A DNA stretch of 64,000 nucleotides from Hormiphora californensis (Eukaryota; Animalia; Ctenophora), in the NCBI GenBank assembly GCA_020137815.1, contig CM035357.1:3348001-3412000 (forward strand), written 5' to 3'. The stretch's first letter is position 1; every line of letters begins with the position of its first letter. Of the stretch, positions 13,340-52,726 are shown in pieces. The translations under genes and the position numbers were made by a program. A model generated the notes under the pieces. That model ran no database searches. It was not told the origin of the DNA and saw nothing but the letters and a program-made list of their open reading frames with translations.

Positions 13340-15442
13340 ACAACTAGATGTGTGTCTCTCCGTGAGCGAGGGAAGATTATTCTTAAAAGAGTTATCATTA
13401 TGTTTATATCGGCGCCCCGAGTTTAGGTGAATTATGAATTCTCTCCGGGGCGAGAGAGGGGGGCTAGGTGTCAATCACATACATATCAAACCAATACGTG
13501 AGAGAGAGAAGGATGTGAGTCAGGCGTGAGGGCAGGCAGGTGAATCCAAACTTCCCCCCACCCACTTTCATAACCCAACATTAAAATTAAGGAAAATTAT
13601 CGAACCGTTAACTTTTTTCAGAGCGCCACTACATCGTCTCTCCTGACCAACTCCACCCCCACTAACCTGGCCAAGATCTATCACAAAACTAAGGAGTACT
13701 ACCAAAACTTTTCTGATATTTTTGAGCACTCGGGAGATCATAGCCTTGAGAGTAGGATGCCTTGGCCGAGAAACTGAAATGAGAAAATAACAGCACAATT
13801 TACTGACACACATGCACATTGCACACACTGCACACACACACACATTTTCAATTTTGCAACACTTTTGGTTATCGTTAGATCGTGAAACTAAAAGTGGACC
13901 AATTTTTTGGCAAATATAAACATCAAATCGGAGTCCTGCATACAAGCAAGAAAGCCCAACACAGAGAGAAAGAGGGAGAGAGAGAACATTTTGCAAAGCA
14001 GTGATAAAACATCACAATTTATTTAGAGAGAGAGAAACCCAAATTTAAATTTTTCCACAGCACAAAACCACCCTTTTCCCAGCACCCACATCCCATACCA
14101 CCTACCCACCTACCCACGTGACCACGTGACAATCAATCACGTGACTATCTCATAAAACCACCCACTCTTCAGATTCACAAACCCACTAAAGCGCCCACCC
14201 CAACCCCGGAATTAACCACCATCTGCCTGTCTCCGCCTGATCCGCTACATCACAGTTTATATATTGCTAATATAGCATAACTTCCAAAGCATTGCTATAT
14301 ATATTATTGATTAATTCCATTCCGCATATATATTAACCAATTTCTGAACGAGAGAGAGAGAGAGTTTTGTACTATGAATTTAGACGCTATATTTTCAACT
14401 GAATCCGATCGAGAGAGAGAGAAAGTTTGTGAATCTTTTAAAATAGATTGTAGGGTTAGTTTTTTTCTCTCTAAAAAGTAGCGTGTAATATTTTTAAAGT
14501 TAGGAAAATCTTTAAAAGTACCAATTATTCAAATTTAGAACATGACCATATTTGGAAAGAGAGAGCTAGTTTTTTAGTTCTAGCTCCCTTTTTCTGGTCA
14601 AGTATGGTGTAGTATTCCCAATTTGGCACGACCCTGTCAAATATATATGGGTGAGGAGAGTGAGTATATTGTGTAAAATTGACCAAATCAAAACCGAATA
14701 AGTTATTCCGCCAATTTTACTGTAAGCAGGTTCTTTGGGGTAGAATATCGAGAGAAATGTGATATCAAATTAAATTTGTTTGTTTGTCTGTGTGTTTGTG
14801 TGAGAGTGTGAGCATAACACAAACCAAACCTAATGTAACTGTGTACCCATATATATCCAAGCTTCTCAAATATCATAATCTGAGTATAGTGCTAATTAAG
14901 TTCAGATAATACATGTGTAATTAAATATCTATCTGTTGATTAAGGTAAACCACGTGATTTGTACTTGAGTGTTTGCGTTCGTTAGGCAGCTCATCATGCG
15001 CCGAACGAGAATTGTAATTGAGAATCAGTGAAAGTAGTTTGCTGGTTTTTATTATTTATACGCCCCACCCGTTTACAGATCTGTTAATCGTGATTATTTT
15101 ACATAAATCTATACAGATATGATGGATATATATGACATGCTATTAATTAAGTGCTATAATAATTAATATTAATTATTGGCTACCGCTTATATCCGGTACA
15201 CTGTTTTGTACAAATATAACTCAGGACGCACACACCAATTTGTATACGAGTATATATTGTTTTTTTTTGTTGAGATAACTTTGCGGGGTGACTGGTGTAT
15301 AATTATTATCTGTACAGAGAGAGAAATATAGCGTGCTTATGTTCCTTCTTAATTGTATCAAATTTTGTGACTGTTAAGTGTGTTGTTTAATATAATATAA
15401 ACGCGTGCGAGAGAACGAGGGAGAGACGAATAGTGCAATTTA

Positions 15443-16449
15443 GGCCAGTCACTTTTTGCTTAATTGGTGAACTGAGACATAACATAGGTTTTCCACTTGC
15501 ATTGTACTCCTATGGGGTCCCAGAAACACCAGAAAAATCGTCCACTCCAACCGAGGTGAAGAAAGTGCCCAAAATGGCCACGCCCTTTTTGCCTGTATTT
15601 TGAGCCTTGACCAAAAATAGCAACTTTGCTTTGGATTGGAGTAGAAACGTAAATGAGGGCACTAAAATGTGTAGAATGAGCAGCAGAATCGATTGGTACC
15701 AAGCAGAAGTCGTTATCTCATCAGGTTCGAGAGATAATTGGATAATTAGGTATGCACATAACCGTTTTTGAGCCATATGGCTATAGCCGCTCAGGAGCGG
15801 TTTCAGAAATTTTGCTTCACATGAGCTTGTTCAGCATATAAAAATTAGTGGGGGTAACAAATATGAAGTTTTTATCGCATAAGGTCAATGAGTTATTCAA
15901 CTTTAAAGATCGAAAAATGAGGGTAAAATGAAGGAAAATGACCAAATTTCGACTTTTTACCCCCATTTTTCGATCTTTAAAGTTGAATAACTCATTGACC
16001 TTATGCAATAAAAACTTCATATTTGTTACCCCCACTAAATTTTATATGCTGAACAAGCTCCTGTGAAGCAAAATTTCTGAAACCGCTCCTGAGCGGCTAT
16101 AGCCATATGGCTCAAAAACGGTTATGTGCATACCTAATTATCCAATTATCTCTCGAACCTGATGAGATAACGACTTCTGCTTGGTACCAATCGATTCTGC
16201 TGCTCATTCTACACATTTTAGCGCCCTCATTTACGTTTATACTCCAATCCAAAGCAAAGTTGCTATTTTTGGTCAAGCAGAAAATACAGGCAAAAAGGGC
16301 GTGGCCATTTTGGGCACTTTCTTCACCTCGGTTGGAGTGGACGATTTTTTTGGTGTTTCTAGGACCCCATAGGAGTACAATACAAGTGGAAAACCTTTGT
16401 TATGTCTCAGTTCACCAAACGGCCCCAAAATGACAAAAAATGACTGGCC
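15443..16449. mobile_element. ~1 kb fold-back non-autonomous DNA element flanked by TA
   Basis: TA|GGCCAGTCA...TGACTGGCC|TA. The two arms are near-perfect reverse complements centred near 15940, giving mirror ORFs at 15510-15776 (-) and 16107-16433 (+). Confidence 0.88.
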
Positions 16450-16659
16450 TAATTTGAATGATATATATCCGAGCGAGTGAACAACATTATTACAAGTTGT
16501 GCAGTAGACTAGAACGACGCGTATTTGTATGAAAAGTTGTTATTTGTTAAAGAAAGAAACTTGTTTTAATTTTCAAAACTGGTTGATAACGGTGGAAATA
16601 TTTTGGAAAACGAAAACAATAACTATAAGAACAACTGTACCACGCTAGAAAATATTAAT

Positions 16660-16720
16660 TGCACTGCAACTTGGCGCGCGGAGCTCGAAAGCGCCGCGCG
16701 GCATTAATTCGCGATTTTAA
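16660..16720 (+). promoter_or_regulatory. Putative promoter (CpG-rich patch, E2F-like TTGGCGCGC) upstream of TACO1
   Basis: Local CG-rich island TTGGCGCGCGGAGCTCGAAAGCGCCGCGCGG in AT-rich flanks about 250 bp before the ATG. A similar patch lies upstream of SKP1. Confidence 0.4.
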
Positions 16721-16918
16721 AAATTTACTTCTTTTCCAAATTTTTGAACACCTCACTTTCTTTTTGCTAAAGTTAAATCTGACCCTGTGCCCTCTTGTAC
16801 TCGTTACAATCCTAATTTCATTCTACTTCTTGCCAAATATCAGTATTATTTGTTCATTACATATACAATTCTCTTTTAGCCAGCGAGACAGCAGTTTGCT
16901 CTCTGCAGACACGGGAAA

Positions 16919-17704
16919 ATGGCGCTGAGACTATTCTCGAGATCTCAGCCCATTCTTATGGATCTGACTCGGCACATGGCAGGTCATGCAAAATGGCAAA
17001 ATGTAGCGCGAGACAAGGCACTCTTTGAGAAGAAACGGAATATTGTTTATAACAAATGGTTACCAAGACTGCGACAAGAGGCTAAAAGCGAATCTGACCT
17101 CGCGAAAAACACATCACTCAAAAAGATTTTCGATCAAGCTATTTTAGAGGGAGTCCCTAAAACGAAAGCTGAAGAAGCCATCAATTGTTGGAAGAATGCA
17201 GATTATAAAGAGTGTCAATTTGGGATTCAGGGTCCAGGAGGGTTTAACGCTTTAATCAACATTGCTTCTAGCGCACCAAAGAAAACAGAAAACGATCTAA
17301 TCTCGTATGGAAGAAGGCAAAACATGAAACTAGCAAATGTGAGTTTCCAATTCCAGGAGGTCAAGGACATAACTTGCGAGCTACCCGCAGGAATCAGTGA
17401 AGACGGGATTGAGGAACTCGCACTACAGTGTGGAACTGAAGAGTTTTCTGTTGAAGGGTCTATTATTGTGTTCACTATCCCTCGAGAGGATGAGAAGAGC
17501 TTTTTTGAAGAAGCTAAGGCTCTTGGTTTACCTGTCACCTGTGTTGATACTCGGTGGCAGGCTGAAGATAAGATAGAAATTCCGGAGGGAAATTGGAAAA
17601 GTGTGGCCTTGTTCATTGACCAATTGGAACACTTAGATGGATTTGAGAAGATTTTCCATAACGTGGAGAATATAGATGAGATCCAGGCTGGAAGTTATCG
17701 ATGA
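16919..17704 (+). CDS. TACO1: YebC/PmpR-family protein, mitochondrial translational activator of COX1-like; intronless
   Basis: 261-aa ORF. Arg-containing presequence-like N-terminus followed by MAGHAKWQNV (family motif MAGHSKWANI), GPGG motif and C-terminal LEHLDGFEKIFHN. Confidence 0.88.
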   Translation: MALRLFSRSQPILMDLTRHMAGHAKWQNVARDKALFEKKRNIVYNKWLPRLRQEAKSESDLAKNTSLKKIFDQAILEGVPKTKAEEAINCWKNADYKECQFGIQGPGGFNALINIASSAPKKTENDLISYGRRQNMKLANVSFQFQEVKDITCELPAGISEDGIEELALQCGTEEFSVEGSIIVFTIPREDEKSFFEEAKALGLPVTCVDTRWQAEDKIEIPEGNWKSVALFIDQLEHLDGFEKIFHNVENIDEIQAGSYR

Positions 17705-18016
17705 GTTGTATCATTATTAAAACCCTCGACCCCATTGTGTTTTATATAGCTGGTTTTGTATAACTTTATTATGTCTCACTAAATTTGTCATTATTTGCTT
17801 CCTAGTTTATACTTTATCCACACCCCTCCTTTTCTGTTCTCGATTCTATATCGATTCTCCCTCCCTTCAGTTCTCGATTCTATAAGACACATCCCTCCCT
17901 TTCATTTCTCGATTCACACAAGCTATGCCTCCCTCCCTTCCTTCATATTCCAGAAATCGTGGAACTGGCCCCCTCCCTTTCTATTTCTCTAAATATCTTG
18001 TTATCCACACAGGGTT

Positions 18017-44307
<26,291 letters not shown>

Positions 44308-44999
44308 CTAGACGGGATCGAGAATAAAGTAGTCAGTAAACTGTAGGAAACCAACCATCAAAAAAGAGAGGAAGGCGATGGGATAGGACGAGAGAAATGA
44401 TATATCATTTATTTTGTGTCGTTTTGGGTTCGTGATCTATATTTGTGAACTAGGGGCGATGTTTAAAATACACTTTAATGACAATACTGCCTCCTCGAAC
44501 ACTGTGGAAAATATTTTGAGTTTTTTCCCTGAATTGAAACTGCATTGGGTGTAGTGTAGAGAGATAGGAATGGGGGAAGGTTGATATATATGAGATACTG
44601 TTTTGTATTATGCAGTGTGTATGTGTGCGTGTTTTTTGTTTTGTCTGGTTTTTGAAGAAAATTCTGCGTGTATTCTATGTTTTGTGATTTCATAAATCAC
44701 GCGTGACACCTAACGCGTGACGTCACGTGCTTTTTGTGAAAGGGTTTTACTGTTTAGCACACATTGAGATATATTTAGTGGTGAAGTATTGTACCATCGA
44801 GTCACCATTTTGTGTGGGTAAAACTAAACAAAAGGAGAAAGAAATATATCGATTGAGAATTGTTGCGGCTAGTTTTTCTGAGAAATTATATATCTGAGAA
44901 ATACGTTGTCTCGTGTTGTGCTTTTCTTCTTAAACACTTGAGATACCAAGTTTTCCTTCGAAAAAAAGTTTCTAAAAAGTCGCTTATGTATCTTCATGG

Positions 45000-45070
45000 T
45001 ACGGGGCGCGCTAGAAATTCGCGTTTCATCTGCCGAGGATCACTGCGCGTCATGCGCCGCGCAGTGTACT
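45000..45070 (+). promoter_or_regulatory. Putative CpG-rich promoter of SKP1
   Basis: GGGGCGCGCTAG...TGCGCGTCATGCGCCGCGCAG patch about 330 bp upstream of the ATG. Confidence 0.4.
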
Positions 45071-45377
45071 GCAAGTGCAGTGGTGAAATTACAAATTTTA
45101 AAAACTCGTGCGTCCTGTTTCAGTTTTTGAAACCCTTTTTTTCCTCCGTTTTGCGTCACCTTCACTCTCTCTCTCTAGTGCTCACTGCTCATGCTTCTGA
45201 CGTCCTCTAGGACTGCATCGTATCCAATTTATCTGCGTGCTAGCGTTTTTAATGGCAAATGAAGCAGTATTTAAGGCCAAAATCTCTCAAATAGGGATTA
45301 CCGCTCCACAATTAACACCCTTATAAACTAGTAAATCGCTCTAATCTCATTCCCGCCTCTTCCCAGTAGTGTCCAAG

Positions 45378-46062
45378 ATGCCGAACATCAAACTACAGAG
45401 TAGTGACGGAGAGATCTTTGATGTTGACATCGCCATCGCCAAGCAGTCTGGCACTATCAGCACGATGTTGGAGGACCTCGCAATGGATGAGGAAGATGAC
45501 GACCCCGTACCCCTGCCAAATGTCAGCACTATGATCCTGAAGAAAGTGATCACGTGGTGCAAACACCACAAGGATGACCCTCCCAAGCCTGAGGATGAGG
45601 AAAATATGGAGAAGAGAACTGATGATATTGATAGTTGGGACCAGGACTTCCTCAAGGTATCGTGGTCTAAAACTAATCGAGATGTCGAGCACTTTCTCAG
45701 ATAAACTGTGAAATATAATCCATGTTGTAATATATATCTCTCCGATTATATAAACCCAATGGAGAACAACTCCCCTCCCCACATTAACCCCCCAAATACA
45801 CACCACTACTAGGTTGATGAACCATATTGTAACATTTCCACACCACCACTAGGTTGACCAAGGAACTCTATTCGAGCTGATTCTCGCTGCCAACTACCTC
45901 GACATAAAGGGGCTGCTTGAGGTGACCTGCAAAACGGTAGCAAACATGATCAAGGGAAAGAAGGCTGAGGAAATCAGGAAAGCATTCAACATCAAGAACG
46001 ATTTTACCCCCGAGGAAGAGGAACAGATTAGGAAGGAAAATGAGTGGTGTGAGGATCCTTAG
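45378..46062 (+). CDS. SKP1: S-phase kinase-associated protein 1; exons 45378-45656 and 45853-46062
   Basis: [17 protein letters not shown]...PVPLPNV...WDQDFLK|[22 protein letters not shown]...ENEWCED closely matches the known animal SKP1 sequence. Confidence 0.97.
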
Positions 46063-46533
46063 ATAGAGATTGAGTGGGGCAGAGAACTGGAAACATTTTA
46101 AGGAGAAAGTGTAATCTTTTTTGTTTTGAAAGTGTATTTTTGGAGCTGGCGAGAGAGAACATTACGATCTCCAAAGTTGTTTATTAATTAGTCCTAATTA
46201 AAATTTACCCTTTTTTCACGCATCCATAGTTCCTTTGTGCACGTGTTGTTCGCGTCCTATATTGTGTCTTGGTCACTACTACTTACATATTACTATTTGT
46301 AAAAAAGTAACTGTTTGTTTTGTTTTGTCTCTCCTTAATTCCAATATCCTCCCTACAGTTCCTTGCCTAGCTATACTGTGTTTCGCGCGCCCCGCCCGCA
46401 AAGGAGGGTTAGAACATAACAAACAGTTCCCATCCCTATTAAAAAGACCCATCAATAATCAATTATACACCCACCCCAATAATTGTTCTCCCTTCTTTAT
46501 TTTCCCTAGCTACGTACGATATGACATGACAAT

Positions 46534-49500
46534 ATGGGACAGGGACAGTCACAGAGACAGAATGATTACGTCATTGAAGAAAATGATGATGAACCAGTTA
46601 TCATCAGAGAGGTAAAGTCAGAAGTGGGCAGGTCGGTAGAACTTCGACAGAATTTAGGGCAGGCCAATTTAGGGCAGGTCTAAATTTAGGGCAGGTCTGA
46701 ATTTAGCGCGGGTCTGAATTTAGGGCAGGTCAATTTAGGGCAGGTCTGAATTTAGGGCAGGTCAATTTAGGGCAGGTCTGAATTTAGGGCAGGTCTGAAT
46801 TTATGGCAGGTCTGAATTTAGGGCAGTTCTGAATTTAGGGCAGGTCTGAATACTCAGAGTGACTGAGAGTTAGTCAGATGAGAGTGAGTTAGGAGGATAC
46901 AAATATTTAGGAATTCTTTGGGGGAGATTTAATATTATTTACTTGTTACAATAGTTATGGAGAGATATTAGAAGATAAGAATTTGGGTCAATGTTTTAGA
47001 TGAGTAGTATATAGTAGCACTGGCAGGTTTTCACACGTCTGAGTGTATAAGTGTTGCGAGTGCTCTCTCTGTTGTTTTTTGAGTTAGAGGGTATTTCTAA
47101 GGTGGGGGCTCTGCCCCACACCCCCGTTTAAGGTAGGGGGGGGGGGGTGACACGTAACACTTTGTAACACTTTGTAACATGTAACGTGCACAAAAAATTT
47201 TCTGCACATGTTACAAAGTGTTACATAGTGTTACAAAGTGTTACATAGTGTTACAAAGTGTTACAAAGTGTTACATAGTGTTACATAGTGTTACATAGTG
47301 TTACAAAGTGTTACATAGTGTTACAAAGTGTTACATAGTGTTACAAAGTGTTACAAAGTGTTACATAGTGTTACAAAGTGTTACATAGTGTTACAAAGTG
47401 TTACATAGTGTTACAAAGTGTCACAAAGTGTTACATAGTGTCACAAAGTGTTACAAATTGTTACAAATTGTTACAAATTGTTACAAAATATTTACAAAAT
47501 ATATAAGACTGTTGGTGAATAAGTAATTTGAACGACTTTGGTGTCTTTCTAGAACACATATAAAAGTTTTAGATCATTTCTAGGGTTAAAACATACACTT
47601 TTTTACTAATTTGCGCATGTTTTGAGCCTCCAATGTCATCGACTGTGGAAATCAGGGCTGAAATAGTCCATTTGGTAAAGAAAAATATGAACTTTAGACA
47701 ATGGTAAAGTTTTTAGAGTGATATTAAAAGTATTGTGCCTCTCAGAGGCCCCCAATGTGCTGAGTCACCTGTGAGTTGTGACCCAATCGACTTTTTTTTT
47801 CATTGGTAATCGACTCTTTGTACTCAATAAGATGATATACAACGTTTCTGTTGGAAAAAGAAATAAAATTTTTCCAAATTCAATTTTTTGGACAAAGATT
47901 GAAAATTTGCTTCGCTACAAATCCTTGTGTTTTTGTAAATATTTCGTAACAATTTGTAACACTTTGTAACAATTTGTAACACTTTGTGACACTATGTAAC
48001 ACTTTGTGACACTTTGTAACACTATGTAACACTTTGTGACACTTTGTAACACAATGTAACACTTTGTAACACTATGTAACACTATGTAACACTTTGTAAC
48101 ACTATGTAACACTATGTAACACTTTGTAACACTATGTAACACTTTGTAACACTATGTAACACTTTGTAACACTATGTAACACTATGTAACACTTTGTAAC
48201 ATGTAACGTGCACAAAAAGTTTTCTGCACATGTTACAAAGTGTTACAAAGTGTTACGTGTCACCCCCCCCCCCCCAAGGTAGGGGGCTCCGGGCTGTGCG
48301 CCCACACCCCCCCTCTTGGGCCCGGGGCACTTGACAGTGCTATGATTTGTGAGTTTAGATGGCGGACAAAAAGTCGAATTTCGACATTTTTAGCGGACAG
48401 AAACTCACCTTGGCCCCCACAACTCGAACAGGTGAGTTAGTGTCCGCCCGGACTCTAACTCACCGTAAATAGTGCTAAACAGAGTTCGAGTTCGAGTTAT
48501 CGTCCGTTCGAGTTTCTGTCCGGTACCCGTAGCCCGTAGCGCCTAGCATTTTACAGTCCGTGCTGACGGCTCGGCTCACCCTACACGTATATAGGGATGG
48601 AAAGCGATAGAAACCTTCCCCGAATCGTATCTCATATCGTCTAACACTCCTGTTCTATTATATATCTCGTATCGTCTCACACCGCTAATAAGCTCCCCCG
48701 GACCCCGAATCACATTCACATGCTTAGTATTCAGACCTGCCCTAAATTCAGACCTGCCCTAAATTGACATGCCCTAAATTCCGAACTGCCCTAAATTCAG
48801 ACCTGCCCTAAATTCAGACCTGTCCTAAATTCAGAACTGCCCTAAATTCAGAGCTGCCCTAAATTCAGACCTGCCCTAAATTCAGAGCTGTCCTAAATTC
48901 AGAGCTGCCCTAAATTCAGACCTGCCCTAAATTGAGCTGCCCTAAATTGACCTGCCCTAAATTCTGTCGAAGTTCTACCGACCTGCCCAGAAGTGATTTA
49001 ATTAATTAAATTTAGTTAATTAAATCAGAGTTAAGTAGTATTGTTCGTATTATTGTTATTAGTTAAGGGCAGGTCGAGTGAAAACAAGAGAAGAATTGAA
49101 ATCTAGAGAAGCTAACTCGTGAATAAAACAAAAAGCACTGTTATTGATTATGTTTAGGCTATATAAGGATAGTTACTGCAATTATAGAGGTAAAATATCT
49201 TAGGGAGAGGATAATTGACAAAGCAGTAGGCCACAAAGGATCTGACGCAACAAAAGGCTGAGAGTGGGGTAGGAGTAGGTGACTTTTACCCGTCTTACAC
49301 AGAACGTCAATAACAACTCTGTGTGAGAACTGAGAGCCCATATTTTGTACCTTTTTTGCACGTGCTATGTTGTCCTCCGATTCTGAGCTTTCTTCTTCCT
49401 CGTCGTTATATCCGGTAAATCTTGTAGATCTTTGAAAGATTTTATCTGTTCCCAATGACTGGGAATATGCAGGTAAAATCGTTGAGCAAAATGTCAAAAC

Positions 49501-49689
49501 AGCTATTTATTCTCTCCCAGGTAAAACCGGTAGAAAAACATCGTCACAACGAACATGCAGTGCCAGTTCTCTTCAAGTGGTCCGTTCCTGTGGCTGATTT
49601 AGCAGCGGGTGTTTGCGTTGGTGGGACATTCAATAAATGGGCTAAACATCCCATGAAACGGGCTGAGGGGGAATACGTTGAATCAATTG
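46534..49689 (+). CDS. PRKAB: AMPK beta-subunit-like protein, first two exons (46534-46611, 49521-49689); remainder not identified in window
   Basis: MGQGQS myristoylation-type start. Exon 2 PVLFKW...VCVGGTFNKWAKHPMKRAEGEYVESI resembles the AMPK-beta CBM48 domain (PTVFRW...GSFNNW). Phase-0 junction is consistent. Confidence 0.68.
46627..48987. mobile_element. Non-autonomous DNA element with 8-bp TSD and ~17-bp subterminal tandem repeats
   Basis: CAGAAGTG|GGCAGGTCGGTAGAACTTCGACAG...CTGTCGAAGTTCTACCGACCTGCC|CAGAAGTG. AATTTAGGGCAGGTCTG arrays in inverted orientation at both ends. Confidence 0.88.
47139..48275. mobile_element. Nested MULE-like element with poly-G termini and 10-bp (TGTTACAAAG) arrays
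   Basis: AAGGTAGGG|GGG..GTGACACGTAACAC...GTGTTACGTGTCACCC..C|AAGGTAGGG (8-9 bp TSD). Confidence 0.82.
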
Positions 49690-49874
49690 GTGAGTTTTAC
49701 TAAATCGAATCAAAATGTGATTATTTAGACCTCGGAGTTCGGATCACATTCTGATATATTATTATGAGTGAGATCTGATCAGGATTGAATTGAATTCTGG
49801 TCTATGTTACAATGTTACACTGTTATACTGTTACACTATTACACTGTTACGTTGGCCGGTTTTGTGTTGTTGTG

Positions 49875-49907
<33 letters not shown>

Positions 49908-50312
49908 CTTGTGTCGTGTGTAGATTGTAGAATGTGCATATAATATGGCTTCTCCTATTTTTGTTCTTCTCCGCCAGTTACTCGCTCTATCTCTCCTTAC
50001 ATCTTTTCCTCCCGCCACTGTGAATCACAGTCTGTGATAAGCATTCCACGACTCACAAACTACAGAGCTCAAATAATTTGTTAGGGTTTGGATCTCTAAG
50101 TTAAGATAAAGATTGATCAGGGGGAGGGATCAGTATAATTGTGTGCATGTGCGTCAGTGTGATGATGTGTTCTATCACAGCTGTGACGGATGCCGTGTTT
50201 GCTAGTCGTTGCAAACACGGCATCCGTGACAGACCATGTATAACAACTGTGACTCCGATGTACCGGGCAAAACCCTTTCCCCGAGTATCCCGGTAAATCG
50301 GGCCGTCACTTT

Positions 50313-50831
50313 TCACTTACATTTGTCGTGTTCACCAAATGCCTGTATTTCATACAGCTGGATACACGCTTCTGTGCTCTTTTTAAGTCTAATCACAACA
50401 ACTTCAACAAGACGTACTGATCCACATTTTATTGTGTGAGATGCATTAACAGTATCCAGTGTTACAGTACCACATAGAATCTCTTGTCCGCTGATCATAT
50501 CTTCTTCGTAAATCCGGGCTCCTTGAAACCGTTTGTAATGCTGGTTACCAGTATGCATAGGATAGATAACAAAGTGATCAATCCAACTTGGCCACCTTAG
50601 CCACAGTTTTAGCCACATCTCTTGTCCTTGCTTGTTACATACCGTGTGTGCCATAGTTTGAAGATTTCCATCGATGGCATTGGAAGCCGAATATGAATCA
50701 TTTGTATTTTTTGGAATGAAGGTAGAGGAGAGATTGGCATTGGTGAAGGGGGCTTGGAACTGGTTTACGCATTGGGCAGGTCTCATGGCCAGGTGGATTA
50801 TAATTAATCCGAGGGTAAATATGTTGGCCAT
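50313..50831 (-). CDS. Secreted F-type lectin / F5-8 type C-like domain protein, antisense and downstream of AMPK-beta-like exon 2
   Basis: Hydrophobic signal peptide; SS...ASNAIDG...AHT...W...CG...C...IQLYEIQAFG follows the fucolectin-fold pattern. A possible GTAAGT donor at the ORF end means the gene may continue. Confidence 0.78.
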   Translation of the reverse strand: MANIFTLGLIIIHLAMRPAQCVNQFQAPFTNANLSSTFIPKNTNDSYSASNAIDGNLQTMAHTVCNKQGQEMWLKLWLRWPSWIDHFVIYPMHTGNQHYKRFQGARIYEEDMISGQEILCGTVTLDTVNASHTIKCGSVRLVEVVVIRLKKSTEACIQLYEIQAFGEHDKCK

Positions 50832-50950
50832 TCTTAAACATAAATCAGGTTGTTAGCTACAAACTATTCACACACAAAGTCAAAAATACACACTGCACGA
50901 AGCATAGTTGTCAACGATTGACTGGACGAAAGAAGCAGTACACTCCTCTG

Positions 50951-51039
<89 letters not shown>

Positions 51040-51495
51040 TTTGTTAATGGTATTCAAAAGGCAGACGTGTTTTGTCCAGAGAGAGAGAAAGAGGTAAAGC
51101 AAAGTACGGTTGATATAGCAGGGGTATAGCAGATAGCTGTCCGTTCACCTAAAAGGAATGTAGTACGCTGAACCTAGTCATAGAGTCGTAATTCTTAGGT
51201 CTAGGGGACTGTCACCAAGGAAGTCGCGAGTGATTACCCATACAAACATTGTGTCAAAATATCAGAGTGTTTGGAATTCTATTTTGCGAGATATAAAGGC
51301 CAACAATATACCCTCCCTTTTTTGGCCCAACCAGTATGTTTGGTTTGTGCCGCTCATCTGGGACTGTAAACAGTCACACAGCCAGGTCTCGCCGAACAGC
51401 ATAGTGCTAGATCATCCTTTCGGAATCACACCAAGAGGCGTGCTGGCGGTCTGTCGTAAAACCGGTATGTAGGGATCGCGCTCGAGAGCGATCGC

Positions 51496-51606
<111 letters not shown>

Positions 51607-51704
51607 AGAGAACGAGCGAGCGCGCTATAGAGCGAGATGATGAGAGCAGAGAGAGAGAGAGCAGCTCGAGATAGAGATCGAGCATGGGCTCTAGATCTCT
51701 ATCG

Positions 51705-51815
<111 letters not shown>

Positions 51816-52584
51816 AACAGGCGAGACAGCATAGTGCCAGATCATCCTTTCGGAATCACCACCAGATCGTCTTCTGTCTGTCGTCCACCCGGTATGTATG
51901 CTCAATATGAATTTGGCAACGGTCATGTCTCAAGTGTGTAGTGTGTTATAAAATGCCACATGTTAGTATGTAGCATTTATATAATATCATTTTCTCATAA
52001 CACACACGTCACACATACACATAGGTATAATGTATATATTGCCTCCAATTCATAACTACTGTCTACTAATAATGTCAGGAATCTAATAAGAGAAGCCTCT
52101 AAAAGTGTACATGTAGAAATAGACACAGTATGTTCAAGTAAGTTTATTCTTGTCTCTCCGTGTGTGTATCTGTGTGACAAGTGTGTGTGTGTGTGTCTCT
52201 GTGTGACAAGTGTGACATATGTGTCTGTGTGTGTTAATCTCTGCTAGGTGGCTTATAGGATCGAATTGTTATCCCCTCGGCCCTCCTACTATTTCTTCTT
52301 TCCTTAAGCATGCATCAAACATTTTGTTTACAGAGTTGTTCAAAAACGCCAGTCACCCTGTGTGTGTGTGTGTGTGTGGCTCTAGGTTATAGCGTACCAA
52401 ACTCTGCCGCACGACAGAACGGTGTTGCAACCTGTCATAAAGTCTGTGGTCTGTATGAAAGATAGTAGCTAAAATATCACGCTCAAAAGTACACCAAAAT
52501 CAAACAAAATTTCTCTGATATTCTAACTGTTTGTGGTCTGTATTGGGGCACTCTCACGCAAGCTTTTTGTCCTGTCAGCTTCTG

Positions 52585-52726
52585 AGTCTGGAACAAGGTA
52601 ACGTTTTGCCTTTGAGAGAGTCTTGAGTTTGGTTTAGTCTGGATCAAGGTAACGTTTTGCCTTTGAGAGTGTCTTGAGTTTAGTTTGGTCTGGAACAAGG
52701 TAACGTTTTGCCTTTGAGAGTGTCTG
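52585..52726. repeat. ~52-bp tandem repeat, 3 copies
   Basis: GTCTGGAACAAGGTAACGTTTTGCCTTTGAGAG repeated three times. Confidence 0.9.

Noticed and set aside
16919-17704. Intronless YebC-family gene as bacterial HGT or contamination
   Set aside because: It has a presequence-like N-terminal extension, an upstream splice acceptor and a polyA-like signal. Animals normally encode TACO1.
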